From Marsupella aquatica (lineage: Eukaryota; Plantae; Marchantiophyta), in the NCBI GenBank assembly GCA_973895155.1, contig OZ316895.1, positions 15,568,816-15,632,815 on the forward strand: 64,000 nt of DNA, written 5' to 3'. Every line of letters begins with the position of its first letter. Position 1 is the stretch's first letter. Both the position numbers and the translations under genes were made by a program. The notes under the pieces were generated by a model. That model was not told where the DNA came from. It searched no databases and saw only the letters and a list, made by a program, of their open reading frames with translations. Shown one piece after another: positions 22,661-36,100 of the stretch.

Positions 22661-22953
22661 GTCACTACACTTCATGATGAGACAATAGTCAACAGCGCAT
22701 AAATTCGAGAAAGGATGCTCGATCAAAGTCAAGAAGAGAGAGTGGAGCCTGGAGTGGAACAAACAACAATCACCTTGCCTCATCACAGTCAGACACAGAG
22801 GAGTCGACATCACGTAAATTCGACAAAGGATGCTCAACCAAAGTCATGAGCAGAGACTGATGAGCCAACTATAGTAGACTTGGTGGCTAGGCTTTTAGAG
22901 TGAAGACTCTAGAACTCCATGGTACACCATGTGAATAAGAAAACTTATGACTA

Positions 22954-23084
22954 TAATATATGTCAAATGATAATTGTCAATTAGAGCCCTATGCCAGTAA
23001 TATATGTCAAATGATAATTATCAATTAGAGCCCCCTGCCAGTAATATATGTCAAATGATAATTATCAGTTACAGCCCTATGCCC
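22954..23084. repeat. Three 44-bp tandem repeats
   Basis: TAATATATGTCAAATGATAATT starts at 22954, 22998 and 23042. Confidence 0.9.
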
Positions 23085-23784
23085 GTGCTTTGCACTCTGC
23101 AAGGAGGGCCGGGGCATTATGGGGGCAAATCAAGAAGAAATGTGTGCATCGCTGCAGCAGGGCCGAAGTGAAGTGGAGACATAGAGTGGAGGGGCGAGGC
23201 TGGACCTGCTTGGCTGCTCCCTGCCATAATGTCAATGCATCGGGAATCATCGCTGTCGGGACGAAGGCATCGGTGGGAGGCTGGGAGCATTTAAGAATGG
23301 ATAAGGTCGAGGGGGGAGGCATAATGAATGCACGGAGTGGAGGTTACAATGTGAGGCCAGTATTGAAGATTGTACTGTCGGGCGTGGGACATAACCTGGA
23401 CAGAGAGGAAGAGGAGGGGCTGATGCAAGGCGATTTAAGAGGGTATTGTCGGGCATGAGAACCCTGGCAAGTGAATGGGAAGGATACAAAAAATTTGATG
23501 CTTATATCTAACGGTCAGTTTTGATTACCGACATTGAAATTTATAATGGGACGAAGGACTAAATTGGTGACATTAGCTATTATAGTGCTAGATGCTTTTT
23601 GGTTAGGATTTTTATTTACATTCAGAAAGGTACTCTATGTCCCACCATAACATCTGAGCATAGAAACATGAATGTATATATAGAGGAGTCGGGGCTAGTA
23701 CTTATAATCATTAAATTAGGACCCCAATATTCCCCTTGCTGGTAATCACACATCAAAATATGTGGCTGCATTCATTGATTGAAA

Positions 23785-23910
23785 ATTAAAAACTAGGATT
23801 ATCACGGTATGCAAGGGTGTCATACATAGTATATGTCATATTTTGATATTAAAAACTAGTATTATCACGGTATGCAAGGGTGTCATATATAATATATGTC
23901 ATATTTTGAT
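23785..23910. repeat. 63-bp tandem duplication
   Basis: ATTAAAAACTAG.ATTATCACGGTATGCAAGGGTGTCATA occurs twice. Confidence 0.9.
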
Positions 23911-26900
23911 GTGTAGTTAACGAGACCCCAATATTTCCACAAACCACAAAAATATGAAACACGGAATGTCCAACATGGAGGTCCATCCAGGTTTCACTTT
24001 CTTGAAAGGGGGGACCATAGTCAACAATAAATGAATTCCCAGGAACAGAATAGCTCATGCATCGAAACCAAATCACATAAAGCAAAGTCAATGAAGTCAG
24101 CGTTCCAGACAGAAACAATTAATTTTAAAACATGACTTGTGGATAGATAGATAGAATTGCACTTTTTCAGCCCCTGCCATGCTGACGCCGTCGTCCGAAC
24201 GGCCGTCCTTGGTTGCTGTAAACGAGGACACTACAGCCATGGATGACCTTGGCCTCATCCATGAAACCTTAACCCCAATTGTTTCAAAATTCAACCCGAG
24301 CCATCGATTAAATAGAAAATGAAGGAGACTCTTTGGGCCTGGAGCCAAAGTTTTTGTAAGTGCCCAAATTTCGCCTTCCCCACCTCCGACAAACGTTGAC
24401 CAGATTTTTGGGTTTCAATTGGGGGAATATCTTCTTGGCGAATTTGAACCAAAGGAGCACCCTAGAACCTTGGCTGCTAACTGTGCAGATGAGGTTTTGG
24501 TCATTTTAATACTCAACCATTCACGCAAGCATTAGCCATTTCAGCGAGTCCATTCAGAAAAAGTAGCCAAGATCTAATGGTGCAATCATTAGCCGTTCAG
24601 CGAGTCCTTTCAAACAAATTTGCCACACAATTGCACGGTCTAGATTTAATGTCAATATAAGAAAAGTACTCAAATAGCCAGTGGTGCCAAAATGAAAAGT
24701 ACCATACGAAATCCTCCAAAAACACCCTGGTTCCATTAGACTGTTTCCCACCAATTCATAGGTCCTATGAACCACAATCTGATTGATATATTCAAATCTA
24801 GGGATATTTAATGGCAAACAAATCAATAAACTTTAAATAGCAATTGATTGAGGGATATGCTTGATGGACCCCTTGCCAGAACCTTGATCAGCCCCCACAA
24901 ATTTTACTTTACCTAGTTGACCCCCCTCTCGTCATGAGCAGTACAAGATGTTTCTAGGGGCTCTTTTAAAGTGAGATTATGGATACTAGGACCAAACTGG
25001 CTAAATAGTGACTACAGGCATTTGAATTACTAAACTTGCTTAATTCTACAGTGGCTGTGCCAGTTGAACCACAGGGCCTACAAAGTGGTCATCGTTATCA
25101 ATATTGAGGTGGGCCGCTCATTTCCACATTGTCCAAACTATGAGATTCTGGTAATCACCACATTCATGAATGCATTCTATTTCGTAAACTATATGTGACA
25201 TTTTCTCCAATAGGTCTTTTCAAGATTCAAGGTTTTACTACAGTAGTTCCCTGGGGGTTTCAAGAGGCCTGCGTTCCACACAGGCCTGCACGGTGTGTGT
25301 GGGTTCTGCCACATTTACTAGTACTATCGCTACTGATGTGAGAACACAATACTGATGTGCACATTGAGGTGAAGACATAAGCTCAGCTGATTATTCTAGT
25401 CGCCATCTTTGGCATAAAAGGGGATGTCTCTAAGGTGGACATCCCTGATCATGATAGGCAGCCACCAGATACATGAATTGCTATTGTAGCATTGACCATT
25501 TGCCTTATTTAGACCAGATTAAGTGACACAAAGTAGGATCAAAGAGCAAGTAGCAATAGCAAATTTATTGGAATTGCAGATATTGAAGTATGCAATGACA
25601 TTGCACTTCAACAATTTGAAATCATGTGTGCAGTTCTCATTTGCAATGTGCCATTTACCCGCTCCCCCCCCCCCCAAACTGCAGGGCTTTTGTGCCTTTT
25701 AAAAGAACTCAGTGTAAGGTTCATTAAGAAGGAGTCCACTCGGTAAAAGCAGGCTTTGTGGGGGGTCATCAAGTAAGGGGATCCATAAGCATATCCCTCA
25801 AATTGTTCCTAGCATCTCTACCACTTTTTTCTTTGAATAAATATTCATTGTTTTGAGTGTAAAAAGTGTGGTCCATCGCAATCCCAAGGTCATATGTCAT
25901 GATCCATCAAATTAATTTTCGTCTGTCCCCTAAAGTAAAATCCGCCACCCTGGCTAATTTAGAAAAATATTAAGAAAACAGGAACTTCCTTCTCTCACAT
26001 AAGATAACAGTGGCCACCCTGGCGAATTAGAATAACACTGAAAAATTAGTCAAATTAGTCAAAAAGGAAATGTTCCCGAGTATTTTAATAAATCTATGGT
26101 TCAATTCAATCAATTTATTTGGAAAATCACTCCACTGGGTGAAGTTGCGCGCTGCCCTTCCGTTTAAGTGAAGATATTTCCGTTGTGAAAAAACAAACCT
26201 TACAACATCTCAAAAATGTAACTGAGGTCTTGGAAAGGGACCCTAAAAAGACACCATCATATTCGGTAGGTGGTAGGACGAATAGGGAGGAGCCGTCCCA
26301 AGAAGATGGACCAATCAGGGACCAAAGAGGGGCAGAAGCCTGGAAAGACGGAAAGAAAAAGAATAGGTCATGAAGGTCAAAATTATTCTGATACTTTTCA
26401 TCAGGAACCTCCCTCCGAACCTTCGATATATATTCTCCTTGTGTCTTAATAGGAATCTACTGTATACGACTGGGCCAGCTTATGTATTAAGAAAAATTCC
26501 CCCCCCCCGGTTTTCTTTTGGCCTGATCTCCCGACATTAAAAGATAACCATTAGATTTGTCTGATGGAGTCTGTGGCTAAGTGAGAAATGGCTCATGGAA
26601 GACTAAAAATACACCAAAAGTGAAGGAACCAAGAGTAAAAAAACAGGCTGGACTGGGCCCTTCACCACTCAAGATTTCGGCCGAGATTCGATTGGAATGT
26701 AGTTGACTCTGGTGACTCCTTACAGTAAAGTACCACGGTACCATACTTTACCGTGAGCAACGCATGTATTGTCGTCAGTATGGAGTTGAATGACTATTAC
26801 CAGCGTAATCTTTAATTTTTTTCTTCGTCGCCAATGAGGTGAATGTTACTGAAAAAGAAGATGCTAAAAATATTATCCATCTACTTTTCTTTTCTGTAAA

Positions 26901-27404
26901 TCTAGGTTCGCAGAGTAAACACAGAAATTTATCAATTGATAAAAAAAAGGCCAAACAGAGTACAATAGAGAATTACCCACAAGAGACCAAGAGAGGACAA
27001 TCACCAACCTGATAAAAAGAGGAACAAGACCGTTCGGATGGCACCTAGGCAGTTCTGATGGTTCTAAGCTAGCAGGACTATTCTCATTGAGAGATGAGGA
27101 GTAATTGAAAGTAGATTCTTGCTTACGGAAGAGGCTTGTTACAAATTAACAAGTGACTATTGTTAATTTGTGACTATAGTCACTATTGTTGCAAATAAAA
27201 ATAAAAAATTACTAGTCAAGTTCAAACCAATGTTTGGAAATAGTTTATGTGAATGATCCATCCAAATTGTTTGTCAAACAGTATGATTTGTTGAGGCCAT
27301 CTAGGCAATTTTTATTTTTGGGTGCTTTAGGTTCCTGCCACGCAAGCACTTTAGCCTTGATTATATCTCATTAATTTAGATGACATTTTTGCATGGTCTA
27401 GGGA

Positions 27405-27584
27405 CAAGAAAAGATTTAACAGGACCCCCTGCATTTCCTGGACTTAACAGTCCAGCAAGATGCCATGAAGATTTAACAAGACCCATGTGACTTCCCATCT
27501 TGCCCAGGTCTTGATGGCATCTTATTTACAAGGGTCTGGTTAAGAGGAGGAGATGCTAGAGGGGTCCTCTTAAGTCTTTTCTTG
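27405..27584. repeat. ~180-bp imperfect foldback (MITE-like)
   Basis: Outer arms CAAGAAAAGATTTAACAGGACCCC and GGGGTCCTCTTAAGTCTTTTCTTG. Inner arms AAGATGCCATGAAGA and TCTTGATGGCATCTT. Confidence 0.65.
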
Positions 27585-28842
27585 GCATACAATCTGCATT
27601 ACAAGATTAAGTCACAAAGTTACTATCGAATCCTGCAGCCATGTATTGTGGACATAACTCAATAGATAAGTCACTGTGTACATCACCCAAACACCCTAAA
27701 GGTGGAGCCAAGGGTGCCCCTGTTCCTTTGTGCATAAATTTGGTCTCCTATATATGGTCTCCTGACTCCTGGCATACACGAGTGGACCATATATGGTCGT
27801 CAAACTATCTCATAAATATACATCAGTCAATCTTAACTCTATACATCAAGTTTATTTTGCAGGGACACCATAGTTTATGATCAACAAAATATCTCTTTAA
27901 AAAACACCCCTCATCCTAAGTTTTTATCCCCCTCATAAATTTGTATCATATCTGGACACATTATGAGACCCCACCAGAGTAGACCAAGGCTCCTGCTTAC
28001 CCGTGCAATCCCACTTGAGGGTGGGCTCCAGTGTTTTTTTAGTGGCCCAAATTTGTCGAATTCCTCTTCCCCTAAAAGGTTTTGTCACTTTTGGCTAAAA
28101 TTTGCTAGTATTTTTCATCGCATTAGCCAATGTCCCATCTATTCGCAGACCCCATTAGACAGAATCTAACGGTCAGGAGCCAATGTCCCATCTAATCACA
28201 GGCCCCATCAGCCAGAATCTGAGGGTGAGGTAGATTTGAGGATCACAAAAATAATAATAAATATTTTGAACATCTTCTCCTTCACACTCTGGCTAAAATT
28301 TACCACTTCAATTGTCTATTGTCCTTTCTAGCCGCCCAATGAAACAGCTTAGTCACTTTTGGCTAACCCAAAAAAAAACTTAGTTACTTTTGGCTAAAAT
28401 TTGCCACTTCAATTGTCTAGTTTCCCATCTAGCCCCAGACCCCACTAGCTCGAATTTGGTAGTTATCCCTAAATCTTACTAGATCTAAGGGTCAGAAATT
28501 AATCTGAGGAATTTATATAAAGAATAGTCTTATTAGCATCTTCTCCTTGGGTGGCATTCGCCATCGTCCCATAATATTAAAATCTATTCCATCAGCGCAA
28601 TGTGAACGACATCATCAGCACACCAACTCACTAAAAGGGCTCTCAATCTCGGGAAATGTGGATGATCACTCTGGCTTCTGCAGAGCGGACTGGAGTACAG
28701 CTCTGGACAGTACAGATTGTACTGCAAAAGGGTACCGGGGGAAGCGCTGACTCCATTCACCCATTTTATTATTACTGCATCACAATCACAAAATAGTCTA
28801 CTGTACCAGTTCGGTCGGGACACTGCTGTACACTAAAGTTTG

Positions 28843-28872
<30 letters not shown>
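28843..28872. repeat. (CT)n microsatellite upstream of the ABCG gene
   Basis: Direct reading of the sequence. Confidence 0.85.
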
Positions 28873-28873
<1 letters not shown>

Positions 28874-30115
28874 GTGCTCTCTCAGGCTAGAGCATTGTGC
28901 GAATATGGTCGCAGCGCGCATTCAAGGCTCTTCCTCGTGTTTGTGTTTGTCTTCGTCTCACGGGACTCGCTGCTGGTTCGAAGAATGCGGGAGCAAGTAA
29001 TCGTATCAACTGAACACAAAGTCCCAGCGCTACTGTGGGTGAGCTTTCAGTGCTAGCTAGTCAAAGACTGGTTCGGTGGGAAGTCCGATGTCGTTTCTGT
29101 GTTCGGTTGGTCGAGTATGATTCTGATTTTATGGGGAATTAAGAATCAGCGCTGTGTGGATCGATGATCAATGGGGCTGAGACATTGCAATTGGAACATG
29201 AGATTGTAGCTGCTTCTAGTGTCGAGCCTGCTGACCAACAACAGAGAGAAGGGTTACAGAGTTTGCATGGTGTGTGGTTGAGGACTTCGGCGATCGATGT
29301 TTTAAGGTGATCGACATTTGTATCTGGAGGAAGAAGCTGAGCTGCACCGTTGCACGAGGAACAGGGCCCATAGGTGGGTCGTGTGCTTCTAATTGTGTGT
29401 GTTTCTGGTCTCGTCCTCCTCCGTTGATACTCGACTGGTGATCACTGAGAGGGAGGAGGCGGATTCCTCTTTTCTGGGTGATTCGATAAAAGTGTGTTTA
29501 GTTCTGGGTTTGTTGATGAATTTTTAATTTGTTGGTTCGACTCGACGGCCGTGGATATTGATTGCGAACGAGAGAGTCTACAGAAGTTGGAGAGACTCAC
29601 GAATTGACAGAATTTTGAAGTCGAAGGAGAACGAATAAATCAATCAATTTCGGTCAAGTCAAGGGACAAACTTTGAACAAGGGGTGTTCCCAAGTTTATC
29701 AATGAAAGACAAGAGAGAGGGAGAGTGAGATCGAGATGCCTCGGTCACGCTTTCCAGTACTATAGCCACGGCTTCCTTCACTCTCGGGCATTATGCGTAC
29801 ACCGAATCTCCAGCGTCCCCTTTGATTGTCACTCAGTCTTTCTTGAGGCTCAATTCGAACCGCGACGTCAATCTGGTCCCCTCCATTGTTCTTGCTCTCT
29901 TTGGAAAGTCTATCCCTGCATCACATGGGCCTCATGGAATGCATCCAATCCTCTCCGACCGAGTGAAGTTCCAAATGCTGATCGGTCATTAATGTTCTCC
30001 TTTTTATTTGGTTGTCACTGCAGGATAATGGAGATCGACAGATGAGGGGTGTGGAGCTCTCGAGTTGGGGGTCCTCCCCCTGATTGTGGTTCAGGGGCCG
30101 CAATAGAGTATTCAA

Positions 30116-33100
30116 ATGGGGAGCTCAGGGAAGTCGTCAGGCCATAAGAAGACCTTGAGTGATTATGAGGAGCCAGCAAATAGGCAACCGGTCTTCAGCT
30201 CACAGCGATTCGAGCGAGCACCTTCGGTGACGAATCCGGCTTCAAGGACTGGAAGTTTATACACAGCGGACGAGCTCATCTCAAAGTTGCTGAACCATGG
30301 GCATTCAGGGGACCGCACTGGCAGCCAACGCCTTTCTGCTGCATCGGATACAATTCTTAGAGAGTTGGCGTTGGCAGAGGCGTCATTCAATCCCACTGAT
30401 TTGCTCAAGGAGGGGCTGGACGAATGGCACGACAGGTCTATCAGTATGCAACTGTTGAAGAGATCTCAAACTATGTCGGGGTCCAGAAAGATTCGAAGAA
30501 ACTCCAGCAGGACGTCGGCCAGGGTCTCAGACGCATCCGGGGGGCGACGTGCGTCAGATGCATCCGGGGGGAAATTTGATGAGAACGTTCCGATGTCTCA
30601 GCAGCTAATCCCCGAGGGCCACGCAGGAGCGAGACACAGGTATAAGTATGATTACGAGCAGAATGAATTGCGCTCATCAACTGACGCAGACGGAAACTCC
30701 ATCGATCTCCCGCCCGAGTACGCTGCCAGTCTCAACAAGGCGCCAAATTCGTCCCTTATCCACTTAGTGATGCTGTACCACCAGGCTCTCCTTAAGCATG
30801 GGTTCAAAGACGAAGCGGACAAGATTTCCAAACATCTTCACCAGCTCGATGCTGCGGATCTGCAGGAGTTAGCGGCAGACCTTTCTGGTATAGATTTGAT
30901 CCTCAGAGATGGATTGCTGAAGTACTTGATGTCCATTACACCATACATCCCCAGTGTTCCCAGCCAGGTGAGCATTCCCATTCCCTGCACTACAGCGCCC
31001 GACCTTAAGTGACATGGTGTGAAACAAATGTTTGTCATTCGCCAACACGAAACAGGAGAATTGAGTTTCTTATCCGCATTCAAAAGCCAGCTCTTACACA
31101 GCCCAGCTTTTGAACTATTAAGGAACAGGCAGTTATTCGCTGCAAGCATGCTTTCTGAGTTGTGTGAAGCTCTCCAGGACAAGAATGTGATATAGAGATT
31201 CTCTGTCCCTCAAAAAGCTTCTATTGTTAGATTGGAAGGATTTTCCTTCAAGTATTGTTGCGCCCTATACTTTTGGTCTTAATTTTAATCTTTCGCATGA
31301 CATATTTGTGCACAGGTAGTCAAATTCAAGGATGTAACATTCACTGGAACTGTGCAACTTGATCCTGGGTATGAGTCAATGTACACAAAGGTATGGTAAT
31401 GATTCTTGTGGCTGGGGAATTCAACTAGCGGGTTCTCGTCCTGTAAAGAAAATCTTCCTCAATCATCAAACTGTGGCAATCGATTGTGTCGCAAACATAA
31501 TCCAGGGATTCCATTCTATGTGTGGAAAATTGCATAATCTTAGTGGGTTAAATGTCAGGGAGATGACAAGGCTATCACGCTGACTTTCACAATTGTTCTG
31601 TTCCATCAGGCGGTAGAAACCGCTAAGGGGCCGTTCAAGAAAGCTTCTGTAGAAAGAGTCTCTTTGCTTAAAGACCTGACAGGGTATCTTATGCCCGGAA
31701 GTCTAACGCTTGTCATGGGTATGTCTGCTTGCAAACTCTTAAGACTCTTTGGAATTCTGCACTGTCTTCAATGATTCAGTTTAACATCCGACTAATTCAC
31801 TTGTAGCTAGCTTATCTCCTTCCGAGGTCTGGACACGAGCAATCCGTTGAGAATGCATGTGGTGCAGAAATCTGACCTGGTGCTTCTTGTCTCTACAGGG
31901 ACACTGGGTTCTGGTACTTCGGTAATACATAATGTTCTTTCGGGTCGGTCAGGTGGACCTGGCAGAACCACCACAGGGAGCATCACCTACAATGGTCGGG
32001 GTCTAAATGAGATCAAGTCTCGACGTTTTATATCGGTGGTTGGCTCAAACGACACGCATTATGGCGGCCTCACAGTCCGGGAAACGCTGGAATATGCTCG
32101 GGAGTTCAGTCAGTACTATAGAAGCCACCACTACGGGGAAGAATTGAAAGAAATCTTAGGAGAAGCTCTGAACGCTGGACAGGACCCAAAGCTGGAGACA
32201 AATCTAAGCATGATGGGGCTCAAACGTGTCGCTGAACGTGCAGTGGCGAATCCAATGGCCCCGAGTCTCACAGAAGCTGAAAGGCACAGATTAAGTGTTG
32301 CAGAAATGATTGCAGGCACATATGCTGTGTATATGTTTGATCAGCTCAACAAAGGAATGGATGACAGTGTAACCTACGACTTGATGACTAGCATCCGGAT
32401 CTTCACACGAGTCCGATGTGTTACTGTGCTCGCTACTCTTATTCAAGCTTCCCAGGATGTTTTTGATCTTTTTGACCGTATAATCTTGCTGGACAGAGGG
32501 CACGTGGTTTACCAGGGGCCCCGTCAGGATGTTCTGCCTTACTTTGAAAGTATCGGGTAAGTTCATCAGAACTGCTCACATTTGGATTACAAATCATTCA
32601 TTTAAGTTGTTCTACGTTGTATATTCAGGAAGAGTTGTTTGACATATGTACCGGAAGGAAACAATGGAACGATCAACCAGGCCAGCAGAGTTGCCAGGGT
32701 TCTATCATAGGATGGTACAGAATTGTGTTCTGATTTTTTATCTTTATGTTACCTCCCGAGTGTTGACTTTTGCTTCGCGGCATCGTTAACTGCAGATACG
32801 TCAAGCCAAGACAACTGACAGTCCCTGAATTTTTGGAAGAAGTTACAACGTCGGATGGTGCCATGTACCTTCAGCCAGGATTTTCGACCCTCAGTATTGA
32901 AGGTTTTGTCGAGGCGTACAAGAATTCGAATCAGTATAAAGATGTTTGCAGAGTTGTAAACAACCCTGAAGTTGTGGAGGATTTTTGGATGGAGGTGAAT
33001 TGTAGTTTTTCAAAGCATTTCCGCAAAACTCTCCCTTAAATTGGTGCAGGTGCTGTGGAATACTCTAGTACGAGAATAGGAACTTGGTTGACCTGAAATT

Positions 33101-36100
33101 TGCTGGTTGATAAACTGACTGGTCTTGTTTGTTCCTTGTTTTTACAGGGTTCACCGCCGCTAGGTGTCACCTTCGTCCAGAGTCACCCAAACAATGGGGA
33201 GGGTATTGTTGAACCCCTGACAACTATGGTCGCCTCGATAAGTGAGAAAGGTGGCAGTTTGACAGATGTGTCTATGAACCACACTAATACACTTCGCGCA
33301 GGAGATGAGGTTGTTGCTGTCGGAGGGGCAATAGGAATGCTCAATTATGTGAAGGCTGGGGGCACGAACAAGGACGATGTGAACCTTGATCAACCTTCCG
33401 AATCCATCCGTTTGCAGCTGGAGCGGCCCCTTCCAGATGTACGACATCCTACTGTTAATGCAATTTAGACAGGGAAATGTAGAAATGATGCTATTCATGG
33501 ATATCTAACTAATGAAGTGCAAAGCGCCCACGACTCGAATGTGTCATTTCAATTTTATATGTTTCAAGAGACTGAGCGCTGCCTCTTTCTGCATTCTGAA
33601 TCACGTACAGGAAGGAGCCTACGACCTTCAGTTTTCCCGTGATTTTGTCCAAGATCCTTGGCCAGAGTTTTTGCTATTACTTGATCGTGAGTTGAAAACG
33701 ACATGGCGGAATAAACTCAGTCTGATGATCCGTGCCGTTCAGGTACTTCCTTGGAGCCTAGGAAAGTGTTTTCCCTTTTGTTTGGGAGCAGTAGGTGATA
33801 TAGTACACTTGCAACGTCACAACTGCATTTGGGTAGTTCGCCAACAGGCATGCAACTCACTTCTTATCTAGATTTTTTACTTTTCTGGGATCTCGAAGGC
33901 CGTCCTTAGAATTACAATAAGCGTGCCACTTTCAGATGCTCTGTATCATCTTCAACTGCGCAACTAATCCCAACTTGCCTCTGACAGATTTTGGTTCTGG
34001 GCTTCTTCGTGGGTTTTATTTTCTTCCAAGTTCATCCAAATGAGAACCAACTGAACTTCAACCTTCTACGGGGTACCTTTTTTGTCTCTCTACTGGATAT
34101 GACGCTCTTCAACGTGGGGCAGTTGCCAGCTCTTATGGAAGAGCGGAAAGTCTACTACAAGCAAAATGGAGCAAACTTTTTCCGCCCTTCATCATACGTG
34201 TTTGCGAAATTCGTCGGTAGTCTCCCCTTTGGGATGGCCGAGGTATGATTCACAGCCAATTTCTACTCATTGATGTAACTTGTGAAAACATGTAAAAAGC
34301 AAGATACTTGCTGTTGGAGAAGTCACTTTCTGGAGCTCATTGTAATTGGTTCCAATGAAATCCTTCATTGCCCTTTTCAATTCTGAACTTTATATCGAAT
34401 GGTTCAAAGCCTGACATGACCGTGGATCATTTTCTTAATGCGTTTTCCCTTCTGCTGTTTTGACAATGCTGTTATTTCCGTCTGCCAATGTAGGCAACAG
34501 CTTGGAGTGTTATAGTCTACTTCCTCTCGAACTTATCGAAAGACCAGGGAGGCTGGCATTTCTGGGTCTTCTACTTAATCATCTCATTAACAGTCATTAA
34601 TGGAGCTGCCATGGTGCGATTTTTGGCTTCGTTTGCTCCTGACCTGGTCGCTGCAAATGGAATGATTGGTGAGTATACCTCCTGCACTCCAAAGTCTATG
34701 ACAAGAAAACATCTGCAGTTTCTGAGGACAGAAGTTCATGTTATCACTGGCGTGGACAATTTCGCATGCAGTTCATCTGCTGTCGTTTATGACCTCCTCA
34801 GCGAGTATGTTAATTGTACTTCATTGCTGTCAGTGTGGTTTGAAAAAATTAATTTTCGCTGAATGTGTAGATACACTCCTTATACAATACTACATGAAGA
34901 AACTAATTTCAATGTTTCGTTAACCAATGTGTTGCAGGTATTCTGGTTGCCATCTTTATCGTATTTGCAGGATTTTTGATGCCACGTTTTCAGGTTCCAC
35001 ATTATTGGATCTGGGCTTATTATCTGGATCCCTTGCAATGGGGCATAACAGCTCTCATGGTCAACGAGTTCAATTCGAAAAGATACAGTACCCTCTGCAG
35101 TGAGCTGAGCCCCACTCAAATAGCACAGAACTTCCCTCAGTGTAATAATCGTCCAAATCAATCCATTGGCCATGCATATTTGGCAAGAGGGCAATTCTAT
35201 ACTGGCAATCACTGGATCGGAATTTCTGTGGCTGTCCTCGTCGGGTGGTTTACCGTTTGGACTTTGCTCACATTGTTTGCCCTCTCGAAAATCAAACATG
35301 TGCCCAAAGTGATCATCACTCCGAGCGCCGAGGTAAAGTCCCCCAAAGGGTATTCTGTCCACTTCCTCATTCAGTTTACGTTCTCGCTCTGTTACTGTTC
35401 ATGCATTCCTCAGAGACCTGACACTCCTGCTTGTCATCATCTCTCTTTGACTTTCAGGCCAAGTTTTTAAGGAAATCAGAATCCGTTATAGCGCGAGATG
35501 TGGAAGACCAAGGACCCAAGTTGTCCCTCCTCGCAACACCGCTGACTCTTTCTTGGCATGAGCTCAGTTATGACATTTTGATTCCAGACGTTGGCAAGAC
35601 CTTGCATTTACTAACGTATGTCTCTGGATGGGCGGAACCGGGAGAAATGGTTGGCCTGGTGGGAGCCACAGGGGCGGGAAAGACTATTCTACTCAACTGC
35701 CTAGCAGGTCGACCTCAACCCACAATTTTCCTTCGCTCAGCTCCAAGAGTCATGGTATCCTAGTCGTTGTAGAGAGTTGGGCAACTGTCGCAATGCAAGA
35801 GGACTTGAACTTTGTTTATTGGCTGACAGGAAGGGGGATTCAGGCTGCACGGATCGGGGGCCAAATTCTTGTGAATGGCTACCCCAAAAACCAACTTGCC
35901 TTTGCCCGAGTTAGTGGCTATGTCGACAAATTGGAATCGTACTCACCGTACATGACTGTGAAGGAAGCCATAATTTTCAGTAGCGATGTAATGCTCGGGA
36001 GGACAACGACTGTTGAGGAAAGAAAACTGTTTGTGGAAGAGGTAAACTTCCCAAAGCCAAGCTAATCGATCAAGTAATATTACCTTAGAGCCTCTTCACC

